A DNA stretch of 62,672 bases, filler included. It is 5 parts of 5 records of this genome, joined end to end, with 100 filler letters (N's around TTAATTAATTAA, not from the genome) between each part and the next. Parts side by side here need not be neighbours in the genome. Positions count along the whole stretch, not along the records: positions 1 to 22,634 come from DRR723986_16853; 4 more parts are not named here. One strand, given 5' to 3'. The notes under the pieces were generated by a model that was not told the origin of the DNA, did not search any database, and saw only the letters and a list, made by a program, of their open reading frames with translations. Both the position numbers and the translations under genes were made by a program. Position 1 is the first letter of the stretch. Each line of letters starts with the position of its first letter. Below are positions 1-9,697 of this stretch, piece by piece.

Positions 1-718
1 GCAGGAACTTGGCGTAGGTCCAGCCCTTGTTCTCTTCGCCGACCAGGTTCTCGACTGGCACGCGGACGTCGGTCAGCCAGGTCTCGTTCACTTCATGCGT
101 GCCATCGATCAGTTTGATAGGACGCACTTCGATGCCCGGCGTTTTCATGTCGACGAGAATGAACGAAATGCCTTCCTGGGCTTTCGCGTTCGGATCCGTC
201 CGGCAAAGGAAGAAGCCCCAATCGGCGTGCTGCGCCAGTGTGGTCCATGTCTTCTGGCCATTGATGACGTAGTGATCTCCATCGCGCACAGCGGTAGTCT
301 TCACGCTTGCAAGGTCGGAACCGGCGCCCGGCTCCGAATAGCCCTGACACCACCAGACATCGCCGGAACGGATGCCCGGCAGGTGCTTCGCCTTCTGCTC
401 TTCATTGCCGAAGGTATAGATCACCGGACCAACCATGGAGACGCCAAACGGTAGCGGCATGATGGCGTCGATGCGGGCGTTCTCTTCACCCCAGATATAT
501 TTCTGGGTCGAGGTCCAGCCGGTGCCGCCGTATTTCTCCGGCCAAGCCGGCACAGACCAGCCTTTTTTGCCAAGCACCTTGTGCCAAGCGAGGAATTGCT
601 CGCGGCTCAGGTCTTCGCGGGTGCCGGCACCCGCCAGCTCCTTTGGGTAGTTTTCTTCGATGAAAGCCCGGACTTCCTTACGGAATTCGATTTCCTCGGG
701 CGTAAACTCCAGATTCAT
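1..718 (-). CDS. Acyl-CoA dehydrogenase (PimC-like), 3' part runs off the window
   Basis: Not in the ORF track. Manual translation from the ATG at 718 gives MNLEFTPEEIEFRKEVRAFI...WCQGYSEPGAGSDLAS...YVINGQKTWTT...NLVGEENKGW, which are classic ACAD motifs. GAGGAG SD upstream. Confidence 0.93.
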   Translation of the reverse strand, partial: MNLEFTPEEIEFRKEVRAFIEENYPKELAGAGTREDLSREQFLAWHKVLGKKGWSVPAWPEKYGGTGWTSTQKYIWGEENARIDAIMPLPFGVSMVGPVIYTFGNEEQKAKHLPGIRSGDVWWCQGYSEPGAGSDLASVKTTAVRDGDHYVINGQKTWTTLAQHADWGFFLCRTDPNAKAQEGISFILVDMKTPGIEVRPIKLIDGTHEVNETWLTDVRVPVENLVGEENKGWTYAKFL

Positions 719-851
719 GACATGCTCCTCCGAAACGGTCTGATCTTGCTGACAGGCACAGCTTCTCTATGTCAGTCATTTGTATTGGCTGGCAAGGTGA
801 CGCGAACGTCAACGTAAACTAAGTCGCCGATTAGTCGCAGATGCCGCTGCG

Positions 852-1853
852 TCAGGTAGAGGCTGGTTCCGCGATGAACGGCGCACATGCTGTTTTCAGC
901 AGGCCAATCGCCGAGGCAGATCCCAAGCCACCGCCCGTCTGGAACTCCATCTGCATCAGCGGCTTCAACCCCAGCCGCTCCAGGGCGGCCTCGTGCGCTG
1001 GCCGGCGCGTGATGTGCGAAGCGAGGCAATGGCTGATGGCTTTCGGGTCGATTGCGTGCACCACACCCGCAGCGATCGTGGTGGCAAATCCGTCCAGAAC
1101 AACCGGAATCCCCTGGTGCCGGGCCGCGATGATTGCACCGACACAGGCAGCGAGCTCCCGCCCACCCAGGCAACGCAACGTCTCCAGAGGATCGGACAAG
1201 TGTCCGCGATGGAGCGTCAGCGCCCGGCTGACAAGATCAATCCGCTTGCGGGAAAGCGTGGCGGACGTCTGGCCACTGGGGCGCACCCAATAATCGGGCG
1301 AGCCGCCATAAAGGGCGCAGGCCACCGCGGCCGCAGCCGTGCCAACACCCGCGCCGGCGACAGCCAGCGCCAGCAGATCAGGATGGTCCTCGGTCGCTTC
1401 AAATCCATAAGCGATGGTTGCCGCGCACTCCTTTTCTGTCATCGCCGCAGTCTCGGCAATGCTCGGCGTCGGCTTGTCGAGCGCCAGTTCAAAGACCCGA
1501 ATGGACGCGCCGGCCTGCGTGGCAATTGCCGACAAGGGCGCACGCCCTTCCCGCAAGGCATCCACATGAGCCTGGGTATCCTCGTTGGAAGACATGGAAA
1601 CGCCTTCCTCGACAATGCCGTGGGAGCCAGCAAAAATGGCCAAGGTGGGCTTTTCAATGCGCGGAGGGTAGCGGTTCTGCCAATTGGCCAGCCATTCGGC
1701 CGCCTCGCCCAGACGCCCGAAGTCTCCTTCCCGGCCCATGCCGAGCAGGGCTTCCCGCACCTGTTTGCCAGGTTCAGTTGGCGCCGATGGCGCGCTCAGG
1801 ACGAGCGCACGCACATCCGCCAGAGGGGAGCCTTCGCGAACAGGTTCGGGCAC
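852..1853 (-). CDS. cobT: Nicotinate-nucleotide--dimethylbenzimidazole phosphoribosyltransferase (CobT) homologue with degenerate active-site motifs
   Basis: FGRLGE, IFAGSHG, DPLETLRCLGGRELAACVG, PVVLDGF, SHITRRPAH and LGLKPL match the CobT fold; the two catalytic Glu motifs are missing. Confidence 0.85.
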   Translation of the reverse strand: MPEPVREGSPLADVRALVLSAPSAPTEPGKQVREALLGMGREGDFGRLGEAAEWLANWQNRYPPRIEKPTLAIFAGSHGIVEEGVSMSSNEDTQAHVDALREGRAPLSAIATQAGASIRVFELALDKPTPSIAETAAMTEKECAATIAYGFEATEDHPDLLALAVAGAGVGTAAAAVACALYGGSPDYWVRPSGQTSATLSRKRIDLVSRALTLHRGHLSDPLETLRCLGGRELAACVGAIIAARHQGIPVVLDGFATTIAAGVVHAIDPKAISHCLASHITRRPAHEAALERLGLKPLMQMEFQTGGGLGSASAIGLLKTACAPFIAEPAST

Positions 1854-1992
1854 GTTTATATTACTCCTGCATTACGCTGGCGCGATTTAGACGCCACAAT
1901 AACAGGTTACAGGGTGTCTGCACGACAAGGATTTGTTACCTTGCCCCTGCTACACTCCAACCCGCAACCCTCACTGGATACAGGGTATATTG

Positions 1993-2187
1993 ATGTCTCG
2001 TGAACCCATAAAGTCCCCTTGTATCAAGGTGTGTGCAGTTGACGCGTCGACAGGCTGGTGCCTAGGCTGCGGGCGCTCACTGAAGGAAATTGGCCAATGG
2101 GTTGCCATGGGGGAGGCTGGCCGCGACAGCGTCATCGCTGAGCTGCCTGAGCGTATCACCCGGTTGGAGACCTTGGGAAAGCGCTGA
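1993..2187 (+). CDS. DUF1289 family small Cys-rich protein
   Basis: SPCIKVC...WCLGCGRSLKEIGQW signature. Confidence 0.9.
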   Translation: MSREPIKSPCIKVCAVDASTGWCLGCGRSLKEIGQWVAMGEAGRDSVIAELPERITRLETLGKR

Positions 2188-2191
2188 CGCC

Positions 2192-2731
2192 ATGTATGCC
2201 AGACATGTTCTCCCCATGCTCGCCGCGGCAATGATGATCGCCGCAGCCGTGGTGTTTTTCATCGTTCCCAAAACCGAAGGCATGGACGGCATTACGCCAG
2301 CCGCCGCCTCCCTGACCAAAACCGGCACCCCGGAAATTACGTCTTCGCCCCGCGCGAATTTCGACAAAGCGGCCATCATCAGCCGCGAAGCAGATGGTCA
2401 TTACTGGACGCGTGCGGACGTTGAGGGAACTGACGTCCGGTTCATGGTCGATACCGGCGCCAGCATCGTCGCGCTGACACTTCACGATGCGCAACGGATC
2501 GGACTGATCCCTTCAGAACTCGAATTCGATAATGAAGTCCGCACGGCGGGTGGCACGACCAAAGGCGCTTACGTCGTTCTGGACCGCGTGCGTATCGGAC
2601 GCGTGGAAATGGAAGGTGTCAGCGCCATGGTGCTGAAAGAAGGTCTGGAGCAATCGCTTCTGGGAATGAGCTTTCTGGGCGAACTCTATTCCTATGAGTT
2701 CAAGGGCGACACGCTGATCATACGCCAATAA
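2192..2731 (+). CDS. Clan AA (retropepsin-like) aspartic protease, TIGR02281-type
   Basis: N-terminal TM helix, DGHYW, FMVDTGAS catalytic motif and SLLGMSFL. Confidence 0.92.
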   Translation: MYARHVLPMLAAAMMIAAAVVFFIVPKTEGMDGITPAAASLTKTGTPEITSSPRANFDKAAIISREADGHYWTRADVEGTDVRFMVDTGASIVALTLHDAQRIGLIPSELEFDNEVRTAGGTTKGAYVVLDRVRIGRVEMEGVSAMVLKEGLEQSLLGMSFLGELYSYEFKGDTLIIRQ

Positions 2732-4142
2732 TAGGCTTGCCATCCTCACCCTTACCAACCCCGACTTCCCAGGCGAAGCGCGCCTCGTCTCCAGCCCAGC
2801 GGGCATAGGCAACACGGCCTTTCAAACCCGCCGCCTCCATCAGGTCACGATACCAGTAGGCCGCCCCGGCATTGAGCCGTTGAGGGTGTACGCCCCATAG
2901 GAGGCACGCCTGCCTCAGGCGCCGGTCATCCAACGAACCATACAGGATCGGCGCGGGCCCGCGCACGCGGGAAAACCGGGCTAATCGGTCAAATGCCCCT
3001 GTTCTGAGCGCCAGCGCCCCTGCCCCCTCCGCGCAGGCCATCGCCTGTGCGGTTGTTGCGATAACGTCGACAGCAGATAGTTCCGAGGCTTCGCCAGCGA
3101 ACTGAGCAATGGCCTGACGATAGTCTTCCGCGGACTCCGTCGCCCGGATGATCCGCGACATGATCGCGACAGCTGTCGCCGGGTGGCGGCCAACAGCCGT
3201 TTCGGCAGAAAGCATCACAGCATCGGCGCCCTGATAAATCGCTGTCGCCACATCCGACGCTTCCGCCCGTGTGGGGGCAGCGTTCTCGATCATGGATTCC
3301 AGCATCTGCGTTGCGACGATCACCGGACGCCCTCGGGCCCGGGCGGCTCGCACAATGCGGCGCTGAATGACGGGCACATCTTCCGGGGCAAACTCAACGC
3401 CGAGATCACCCCGTGCCACCATTACAGCGTCGGACACCTCGACGATCGCATCCAGATTCGTGATCGCGGCGGGCTTTTCCAGCTTTGAGACAAGCGGCGC
3501 CCGCCCGGCAATGATGGCCTTCACCTCTTCGACATCCGACACGCTTTGCACGAAGGAGAGCGCCACGATATCAACGCCGATCTCCAGGGCGAATTCCAGG
3601 TCTGCCCGGTCCTTGTCCGTCAGGGCACGGACAGGCAGCGGCTTGCCGCGAACTGTGAACCCTTTCTTGTCGGAGAGCTTGCCCGGTACCTCAGCACGAA
3701 CCCTCGGTGCACTTCCGGCCTCAGTCACTGTCAGGATCAGTTTACCGTCATCCACAAGGATCTTGTCGCCCTCTTCGAGGATGTCGACGATCTCCTTGTG
3801 CGGCACCGGTATTGTATCGGCCTCATCGGTCTCGTCTGCGGCGACGAGCTTGTATTCTTTCCGGAAGCCAAGACGCAGGCCGCCGTCTGGAAACTTCCCG
3901 ACGCGCACTTTCGGCCCCTGAAGGTCCGCCAGCGTCGCCAGGGGCCTGCCGGTTTTCTCTTCTGCTGCACGCACAGCCTGCAGCGCTTCAAGATGCGCGG
4001 CATGTTCACCATGGCTGAAATTCAGGCGAAAAACGTCCACGCCGGCATAAGCCAGCGCGACAACTTCCTTGGGTGAGCGGCTGCCAGGCCCAAGGGTCGC
4101 GACGATTTTCGCGTTTTCGCCCATCAGCGGATTGTCTGCCAT
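2718..4142 (-). CDS. pyk: Pyruvate kinase
   Basis: KIVATLGP, FRLNFSHG, DLQGPKVRVG, VMVARGDLGVE, ATQMLESM, PTRAEASDV and MLSAETA. GGAG SD before the ATG at 4142. Confidence 0.96.
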   Translation of the reverse strand: MADNPLMGENAKIVATLGPGSRSPKEVVALAYAGVDVFRLNFSHGEHAAHLEALQAVRAAEEKTGRPLATLADLQGPKVRVGKFPDGGLRLGFRKEYKLVAADETDEADTIPVPHKEIVDILEEGDKILVDDGKLILTVTEAGSAPRVRAEVPGKLSDKKGFTVRGKPLPVRALTDKDRADLEFALEIGVDIVALSFVQSVSDVEEVKAIIAGRAPLVSKLEKPAAITNLDAIVEVSDAVMVARGDLGVEFAPEDVPVIQRRIVRAARARGRPVIVATQMLESMIENAAPTRAEASDVATAIYQGADAVMLSAETAVGRHPATAVAIMSRIIRATESAEDYRQAIAQFAGEASELSAVDVIATTAQAMACAEGAGALALRTGAFDRLARFSRVRGPAPILYGSLDDRRLRQACLLWGVHPQRLNAGAAYWYRDLMEAAGLKGRVAYARWAGDEARFAWEVGVGKGEDGKPIIGV

Positions 4143-4251
4143 GATCGTCTCCGCTCTTCCCGTGGACACCGCCCCTGTTTATGCGACTCGGGCTGATCCT
4201 ACCAGTCGCAGCAACGCCAGATCACACGCTTTAAGCGAGGTATTTTCGAAG

Positions 4252-6882
4252 TCAGGCGGCAAACGGGTCATAGTTCAAGATCGGCGCCAGCCACCGCTCG
4301 GCCGTGCGCAGGTCCCAGCCTTTCCGGCGGGCATAATCCGCAACCTGGTCTTTCTCGATCCGGCCGACAGCGAAATAGACGGCTTCGGGATGCGCGAAGT
4401 AGAGACCAGACACGCTGGCTGCCGGTGTCATGGCGAAGCTAGATGTGAGCGACACGCCAATCAGGTTCTCTGCGTCCAGTAAGCGGAACAGAGTCTCCTT
4501 CTCGGTATGATCGGGCTGGCTGGGATAACCTGGGGCCGGGCGAATGCCGCGATATTTCTCGGCAATGATATCGGTGGTGGAGAGTGTCTCATCCGGCGCA
4601 TAGGCCCACAGTTCCCGGCGCACCTGCTCATGCATGTATTCCGCCATCGCCTCGGCAAAGCGGTCAGCCAATGCCTTCACCATGATGGACGAATAATCAT
4701 CGCCCTTCTTCGCGAATTCGGATGCGATCCCTTCGGCTTCACCGCCCGCCGTGACGCAGAACCCGCCGACCCAGTCGTCACCTTCCGGAGCGACGAAATC
4801 CGACATGGCGAAGTTCGGACGGGTATTGTCCTTCTCCATCTGCTGGCGAAGGGTGTGGAACACTTCCCCCGTTTCAAGGCGAATATCATCGCCATCGCGG
4901 TTGGCCTTCCAGAAGCCGACAACGGCCTTCGGCTTCAGCCAGCCTTCACCGACCAATTGTTGCATCATCGCCTGCGTGTCATTCCAGAGCGAGGTCGCCG
5001 CCTCGCCCACAATATCGTCTTCCAAAATAGCCGGATACTTCCCGGCGAGGTCCCAGGCGGAGAAGTACGGCGTCCAGTCGATGTAGCGCGCAAGTGTCGC
5101 CAGATCGATATTCTCAAATGTCCGCACACCGCTATAAGTGGGCGCGGGCCGGTCATAGGCGCTCCAGTCCGGCTGCAACGCCTTCTCACGCGCGAGATCA
5201 ATTGGCAGGCGCGGTTTGGGCGGCCCGCCCTGCCGGGCTTCGCGCATGCGCTGGTAACGGGCGCGGGTCTGCTCGACGAGGCCTTGCTTCTCGCCAGCGC
5301 TTAGCAGGGCGCTGACAACCCCGACGGCCCGGCTGGCGTCCGTCACATGCACGACCGGGGCTGACTTGATCACCGGGTCGATCTTCACAGCCGTATGCGC
5401 CGGGCTTGTCGTCGCGCCGCCAATCAGCAGCGGCTGAACCATGCCGCGACGTTGCATTTCGGCAGCGACATAGACCATCTCGTCGAGGCTTGGCGTGATC
5501 AGGCCGGACAGGCCAATCACGTCCACTTTCTCCTTCTCAGCCGTATCGAGAATTGTTTCGGCCGGCACCATGACTCCCAAGTCGAGAATTTCGTAACCGT
5601 TACAGGCGAGCACCACGCCAACGATATTCTTGCCGATATCGTGCACATCGCCCTTCACGGTCGCCATCAGCACCTTGCCGTTGGAGACGTCCACCGTGCC
5701 GAGACGTTGCTTCTCTTCTTCCATATAAGGTTCGAGCCAGGCGACAGCCTGTTTCATCACGCGGGCGGACTTGACCACCTGCGGCAGGAACATTTTGCCA
5801 GACCCGAACAGGTCGCCGACGACATTCATGCCATCCATCAGCGGGCCTTCGATCACATGCAACGGCCGCTCCGCCTTCAGGCGCGCCTCCTCCGTATCCT
5901 GATCGATGAATTCGGTGATGCCATGCATAAGCGCGTGCTCCAGACGCTTCTCCACCGGCGCCTCGCGCCAGGAAAGATCCTTCACCGCCGTCTTGCCCTT
6001 CTGACCCTTCAGGCCTTCGGCAATCTCAACCAGGCGTTCGGTGGCGTCTGCGCGGCGATTGAGGATGACATCTTCCACGCGCTCCCGCAGTTCGGACGGG
6101 ATGTCGTCATAAATGTCCAGCTGGCCGGCATTCACGATGCCCATATCCATGCCCGCCGGAATGGCGTGATAGAGGAAGACCGAGTGCATCGCGCGGCGCA
6201 CAGGTTCATTGCCCCGGAAGCTGAACGATACGTTCGATAGGCCGCCGGAAATATGGCACCCCGGGCAGGTATCCCGGATGACGCGCGCAGCTTCGATGAA
6301 GTCGACGGCGTAGTTGTTGTGTTCTTCAATCCCTGTCGCCACGGCGAAAATGTTTGGATCGAAGATAATATCCTCCGCCGGGAAGCCGACGTCTTCGGTG
6401 AGGATGCGGAACGCCCGCTGGCAGATCTCGACCTTGCGGTCCTTGGTGTCGGCTTGCCCAACTTCGTCAAACGCCATGACGACAACAGCGGCCCCATAGG
6501 ACAAGCACTTCGCCGCCTGCTCCCGGAAATTGTCCTCGCCTTCCTTCATGGAGATCGAGTTGACGATGCACTTACCCTGCACACATTTCAGGCCGGCCTC
6601 AATCACTTCCCATTTGGAACTATCAATCATCACCGGCACCCGCGCGATATCCGGCTCCGCGGCAATCAGGTTCAGGAAGGTGCGCATGGCTTCGGCACCG
6701 TCCAGCATGCCCTCATCCATGTTGACGTCGATTACCTGCGCGCCGTTCTCCACCTGCTGGCGGGCGACCTCGACGGCGTCGGCATAACGCCCTTCCGTAA
6801 TCATGCGGCGGAATACGGCGGAACCTGTCACGTTGGTGCGTTCACCGACGTTCACGAATGATTGGGAAGCTGAAGCTGTCAT
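4252..6882 (-). CDS. metH: B12-dependent methionine synthase, C-terminal part (pterin-binding, cap/B12-binding and SAM reactivation domains)
   Basis: [41 protein letters not shown] (B12 His ligand), GIRPAPGYP; no homocysteine domain. Confidence 0.96.
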   Translation of the reverse strand: MTASASQSFVNVGERTNVTGSAVFRRMITEGRYADAVEVARQQVENGAQVIDVNMDEGMLDGAEAMRTFLNLIAAEPDIARVPVMIDSSKWEVIEAGLKCVQGKCIVNSISMKEGEDNFREQAAKCLSYGAAVVVMAFDEVGQADTKDRKVEICQRAFRILTEDVGFPAEDIIFDPNIFAVATGIEEHNNYAVDFIEAARVIRDTCPGCHISGGLSNVSFSFRGNEPVRRAMHSVFLYHAIPAGMDMGIVNAGQLDIYDDIPSELRERVEDVILNRRADATERLVEIAEGLKGQKGKTAVKDLSWREAPVEKRLEHALMHGITEFIDQDTEEARLKAERPLHVIEGPLMDGMNVVGDLFGSGKMFLPQVVKSARVMKQAVAWLEPYMEEEKQRLGTVDVSNGKVLMATVKGDVHDIGKNIVGVVLACNGYEILDLGVMVPAETILDTAEKEKVDVIGLSGLITPSLDEMVYVAAEMQRRGMVQPLLIGGATTSPAHTAVKIDPVIKSAPVVHVTDASRAVGVVSALLSAGEKQGLVEQTRARYQRMREARQGGPPKPRLPIDLAREKALQPDWSAYDRPAPTYSGVRTFENIDLATLARYIDWTPYFSAWDLAGKYPAILEDDIVGEAATSLWNDTQAMMQQLVGEGWLKPKAVVGFWKANRDGDDIRLETGEVFHTLRQQMEKDNTRPNFAMSDFVAPEGDDWVGGFCVTAGGEAEGIASEFAKKGDDYSSIMVKALADRFAEAMAEYMHEQVRRELWAYAPDETLSTTDIIAEKYRGIRPAPGYPSQPDHTEKETLFRLLDAENLIGVSLTSSFAMTPAASVSGLYFAHPEAVYFAVGRIEKDQVADYARRKGWDLRTAERWLAPILNYDPFAA

Positions 6883-7307
6883 TTTCTCGTTTTTCCGGCG
6901 TCGAGCGGCCAGTTTCCATCGGCCACAGGTGGGAGTCCCTCGACCGGTTTGTTGTACAAATAAATCCAGGCGGTTTCGCCGGTTTTATTCCCGGTGTCAT
7001 CGCACAGCGGAATGCGGGTTCGGATATAGAGGCTGGTGGCCGGATCGTCCGTCACATCCTCAAACTCGTCCATCGGGCCGATGATGGAAACGTCGTCCAG
7101 TATCCACCGGATGCCATGGCAAAGCGCATTGCCTGCCACAACGCCCGGAAAGCCACCAAGGTCAACCATCTGCCCACGGAACCTGCAAGGCGCACCGAAG
7201 GCGCCTGCCGTCCCGAGCGGAAGGTCTGCAGGCTGCCCAGCTGCGCCAAGTTTCAGGAGGCCATAGAAGACGAACAGGTCTCCGGCCTGAACGGACGGAT
7301 TTGTCAC
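6879..7307 (-). CDS. Gamma-glutamylcyclotransferase (GGCT/AIG2-like) family protein
   Basis: [29 protein letters not shown] and AWIYLYN...GNW; overlaps both neighbours by 4 nt. Confidence 0.8.
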   Translation of the reverse strand: MTNPSVQAGDLFVFYGLLKLGAAGQPADLPLGTAGAFGAPCRFRGQMVDLGGFPGVVAGNALCHGIRWILDDVSIIGPMDEFEDVTDDPATSLYIRTRIPLCDDTGNKTGETAWIYLYNKPVEGLPPVADGNWPLDAGKTRK

Positions 7308-8377
7308 GAAGCCACCTCGAACGGCTCCAGCCCAGCAAGGCGCATCGTGTGCTTTTCCGGCGCCGGGTCGCGCGGCTTCACACCTTCCACCGCTTTTGCA
7401 ATGGCCGCGATATGCTCCGGCGTTGTACCGCAGCAGCCGCCGAGAATATTGACCAGCCCATCCTGTGCCCAGCCGCCGACCGCGCCGGAGGTCTGCTCCG
7501 GCTGCTCATCATACTGGCCCATCTCGTTCGGCAGGCCGGCATTCGGATATGCCGCGACCAGTGTATCTGCGACGCGCGACAGGGCCGCGATGTGCGGGCG
7601 CATCAGGTCTGCTCCGAGGGCGCAATTGAAGCCAATGGCAAACGGCTTCGCATGGCGGACCGAGTTCCAGAAGGCCTCCACCGTCTGGCCGGACAGCGTG
7701 CGGCCCGACCGGTCGGTGATCGTGCCCGAGATCCAGATCGGCAGTTTCTCCATGCCCTCGGCCTCAAGATCCATGATCGCCTTGATGGCGGCCTTGCAGT
7801 TCAGCGTGTCGGTGATCGTTTCGATCAGGTAGAGGTCCACGCCGCCTTCGTTGAGCGCCAGAATCTGCTGGCGGTAGGCTTCGTACACCTCGTCGAATGT
7901 CACAGAGCGCGCGCCCGGATCGTTCACGTCCGACGACATGGACAGCATCTTGTTGAGCGGTCCGATGGAACCCGCCAGGAAACGCGGCTTGTTCGGCTCC
8001 TTCGCCGTCCAGGCGTCTGCTGCCTCACGGCCAAGGCGGGCACCTTCGAGATTGATATCCCGAACGGATTCCACATCCAGCTTGTAGTCGTCCTGCGCGA
8101 TGGCCGTCGCGCTGAACGTGTTCGTTTCGGAAATGTCCGCACCCGCCGCAAAATAGGCATTGTGAAGGTCGGTCACGATATCCGGACGGGTGATGCAGAG
8201 GATGTCATTGTTCCCCTTCATCTGCCCCGGATATTTCGCCTCGGTGAATCGGTCGCCGCGATAGTCGGCCTCGTCGAGGCCACGCCGCTGGATCATGACA
8301 CCCCACGAGCCATCGAGAATCAGAATGCGTTCTTTCGCAGCCGCCCTGAGGGCCGCAATGCGTTCCTGCCGTGTCAT
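7304..8377 (-). CDS. metH: Methionine synthase N-terminal homocysteine S-methyltransferase domain, encoded as a stand-alone gene
   Basis: ILILDGSWG, ISETNTFS, SGRTLSGQT, IGFNCALG, YPNAGLPN and LGGCCGTTPEHI (Zn ligands). Confidence 0.95.
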   Translation of the reverse strand: MTRQERIAALRAAAKERILILDGSWGVMIQRRGLDEADYRGDRFTEAKYPGQMKGNNDILCITRPDIVTDLHNAYFAAGADISETNTFSATAIAQDDYKLDVESVRDINLEGARLGREAADAWTAKEPNKPRFLAGSIGPLNKMLSMSSDVNDPGARSVTFDEVYEAYRQQILALNEGGVDLYLIETITDTLNCKAAIKAIMDLEAEGMEKLPIWISGTITDRSGRTLSGQTVEAFWNSVRHAKPFAIGFNCALGADLMRPHIAALSRVADTLVAAYPNAGLPNEMGQYDEQPEQTSGAVGGWAQDGLVNILGGCCGTTPEHIAAIAKAVEGVKPRDPAPEKHTMRLAGLEPFEVAS

Positions 8378-8806
8378 CTAGAGCTCCATGGTTCCGTCTT
8401 CGCGCAGCGGCGAGTGAGGGTTGTAGGCGACTTCCCAGAGGTGGCCGTCGGGATCCGAGAAATATCCGGAATAGCCGCCCCAGAAGACTTTCTTGGCGGC
8501 TTTGATCAGCTGGCCGCCTGCCTCGATCGCGCGGATCATGGCGTCGTCGACGGCCTCTTCGCTGATCTGGTTCCATGCTAGCGTGACGGCCCGAAAGCCT
8601 TCACCCTCCGGCAGGACACCGGCGTCCTCTGCCAGAGGCTCACGGCCATACAGGCCGAGGGCGACGCCGCCCATATCAAAAAACACGACCGCCTCCTGCG
8701 AGGCTGGCGCACGCTTCAGGCCAAGCTTCTCATAGAAGGCTGCCGACGCCTGCACGTCGGCAACCCCGAGCGTGACCAGCGTGATGTGGATCGGATTGGC
8801 AGACAT
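8378..8806 (-). CDS. VOC/glyoxalase family protein
   Basis: ITLVTLGVADV...FYEKLG and FWGGYSGYFSDPDGHLWEVAYNP. Confidence 0.92.
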   Translation of the reverse strand: MSANPIHITLVTLGVADVQASAAFYEKLGLKRAPASQEAVVFFDMGGVALGLYGREPLAEDAGVLPEGEGFRAVTLAWNQISEEAVDDAMIRAIEAGGQLIKAAKKVFWGGYSGYFSDPDGHLWEVAYNPHSPLREDGTMEL

Positions 8807-8809
8807 GGG

Positions 8810-9697
8810 TCAGGCCGCCTCTGCGGGATGTGGCTTCAGGCCAAGCAGCCGGCAGGTGGACAGGGCCAGGCCCGCCCGGTTGAGCGTATAGAAGTGGAAG
8901 TTCTGGACTCCCTGCTCTGCCAGCTTGCGGCAGAGGTCTGCCGCGACATTCGCGGTGACCAGCTCACGGGTCTCTTCGTCATCGTCGAGGCCGTCATAAA
9001 GGTCGGCCAGCCAGTCCGGTATCGTCGCGCCGCAAAGTCCACTGATCCGCTGTAGTCCGCGGAAGTTCGCCTGAAGCATGATACCGGGCACGAGAGGCAT
9101 GGTCACGCCGCCCGCACGGGCCTTGTCCAGAAAGGTCAGATAAGTCTCCGGCTCGAAGAAAAATTGCGTGATCGCGCGGTCGGCACCGGCATCCTGCTTG
9201 GCCTTGAGATAAGCGATCTCGGCGTTCCAGCCCCGGCTCTCAGGGTGGAGCTCGGGATAACAAGACACCGAAATTTCGAAACATTTTCCGAGTTCCGGCC
9301 GATGCTCCCGCAGCCCCTTCACAAGATCCACTGCATCGCGAAACCCGCCCGGGTGCACTTCGAACTTTGCCCCCATGCCCGACGGCGGATCACCCCTCAG
9401 CGCCACGATATGCTTCACGCCCGCCTGCCAATACTCCTCCGCAACCGCCAGCACTTCCGCCTTGGTCGCGGACACACACGTCAGGTGTCCTGCAGGTTTC
9501 AGGCTGGTTTCCTGGGCGATGCGCTTGACGGTTTCGTGGGTCCGTTCGCGGGTCGAACCGCCTGCGCCGTAAGTAACAGACACGAAGTCCGGCGCCATCG
9601 GCTCAAGGCGTTGCACCGTGTCCCACAAGCGGTTTGCCATGGCGTCGCTCTTGGGCGGGAAAAACTCAAATGAAACGTGGGGCGTAGAGATGCTCAT
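8810..9697 (-). CDS. metF: 5,10-methylenetetrahydrofolate reductase
   Basis: VSFEFFPPK, FVSVTYGAGGS, ALRGDPP, AITQFFF and FHFYTLN; the ATG at 9697 overlaps the stop of the upstream gene. Confidence 0.96.
   Translation of the reverse strand: MSISTPHVSFEFFPPKSDAMANRLWDTVQRLEPMAPDFVSVTYGAGGSTRERTHETVKRIAQETSLKPAGHLTCVSATKAEVLAVAEEYWQAGVKHIVALRGDPPSGMGAKFEVHPGGFRDAVDLVKGLREHRPELGKCFEISVSCYPELHPESRGWNAEIAYLKAKQDAGADRAITQFFFEPETYLTFLDKARAGGVTMPLVPGIMLQANFRGLQRISGLCGATIPDWLADLYDGLDDDEETRELVTANVAADLCRKLAEQGVQNFHFYTLNRAGLALSTCRLLGLKPHPAEAA

Noticed and set aside
1854-1992. Cobalamin riboswitch upstream of cobT, or SAM riboswitch upstream of the met operon
   Set aside because: No B12-box or SAM-riboswitch consensus recognised; the met operon has a protein operator instead.
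993-2003. Long antisense ORFs (for example 993-2003, 7301-8581, 24870-25787, 43023-44288)
   Set aside because: Shadow frames opposite well-supported genes in GC-rich DNA, with no motifs.
6879-7307. metH pseudogene disrupted by an insertion element
   Set aside because: Both halves end at domain boundaries with intact motifs and their own starts; the insert has no transposase features or terminal repeats.
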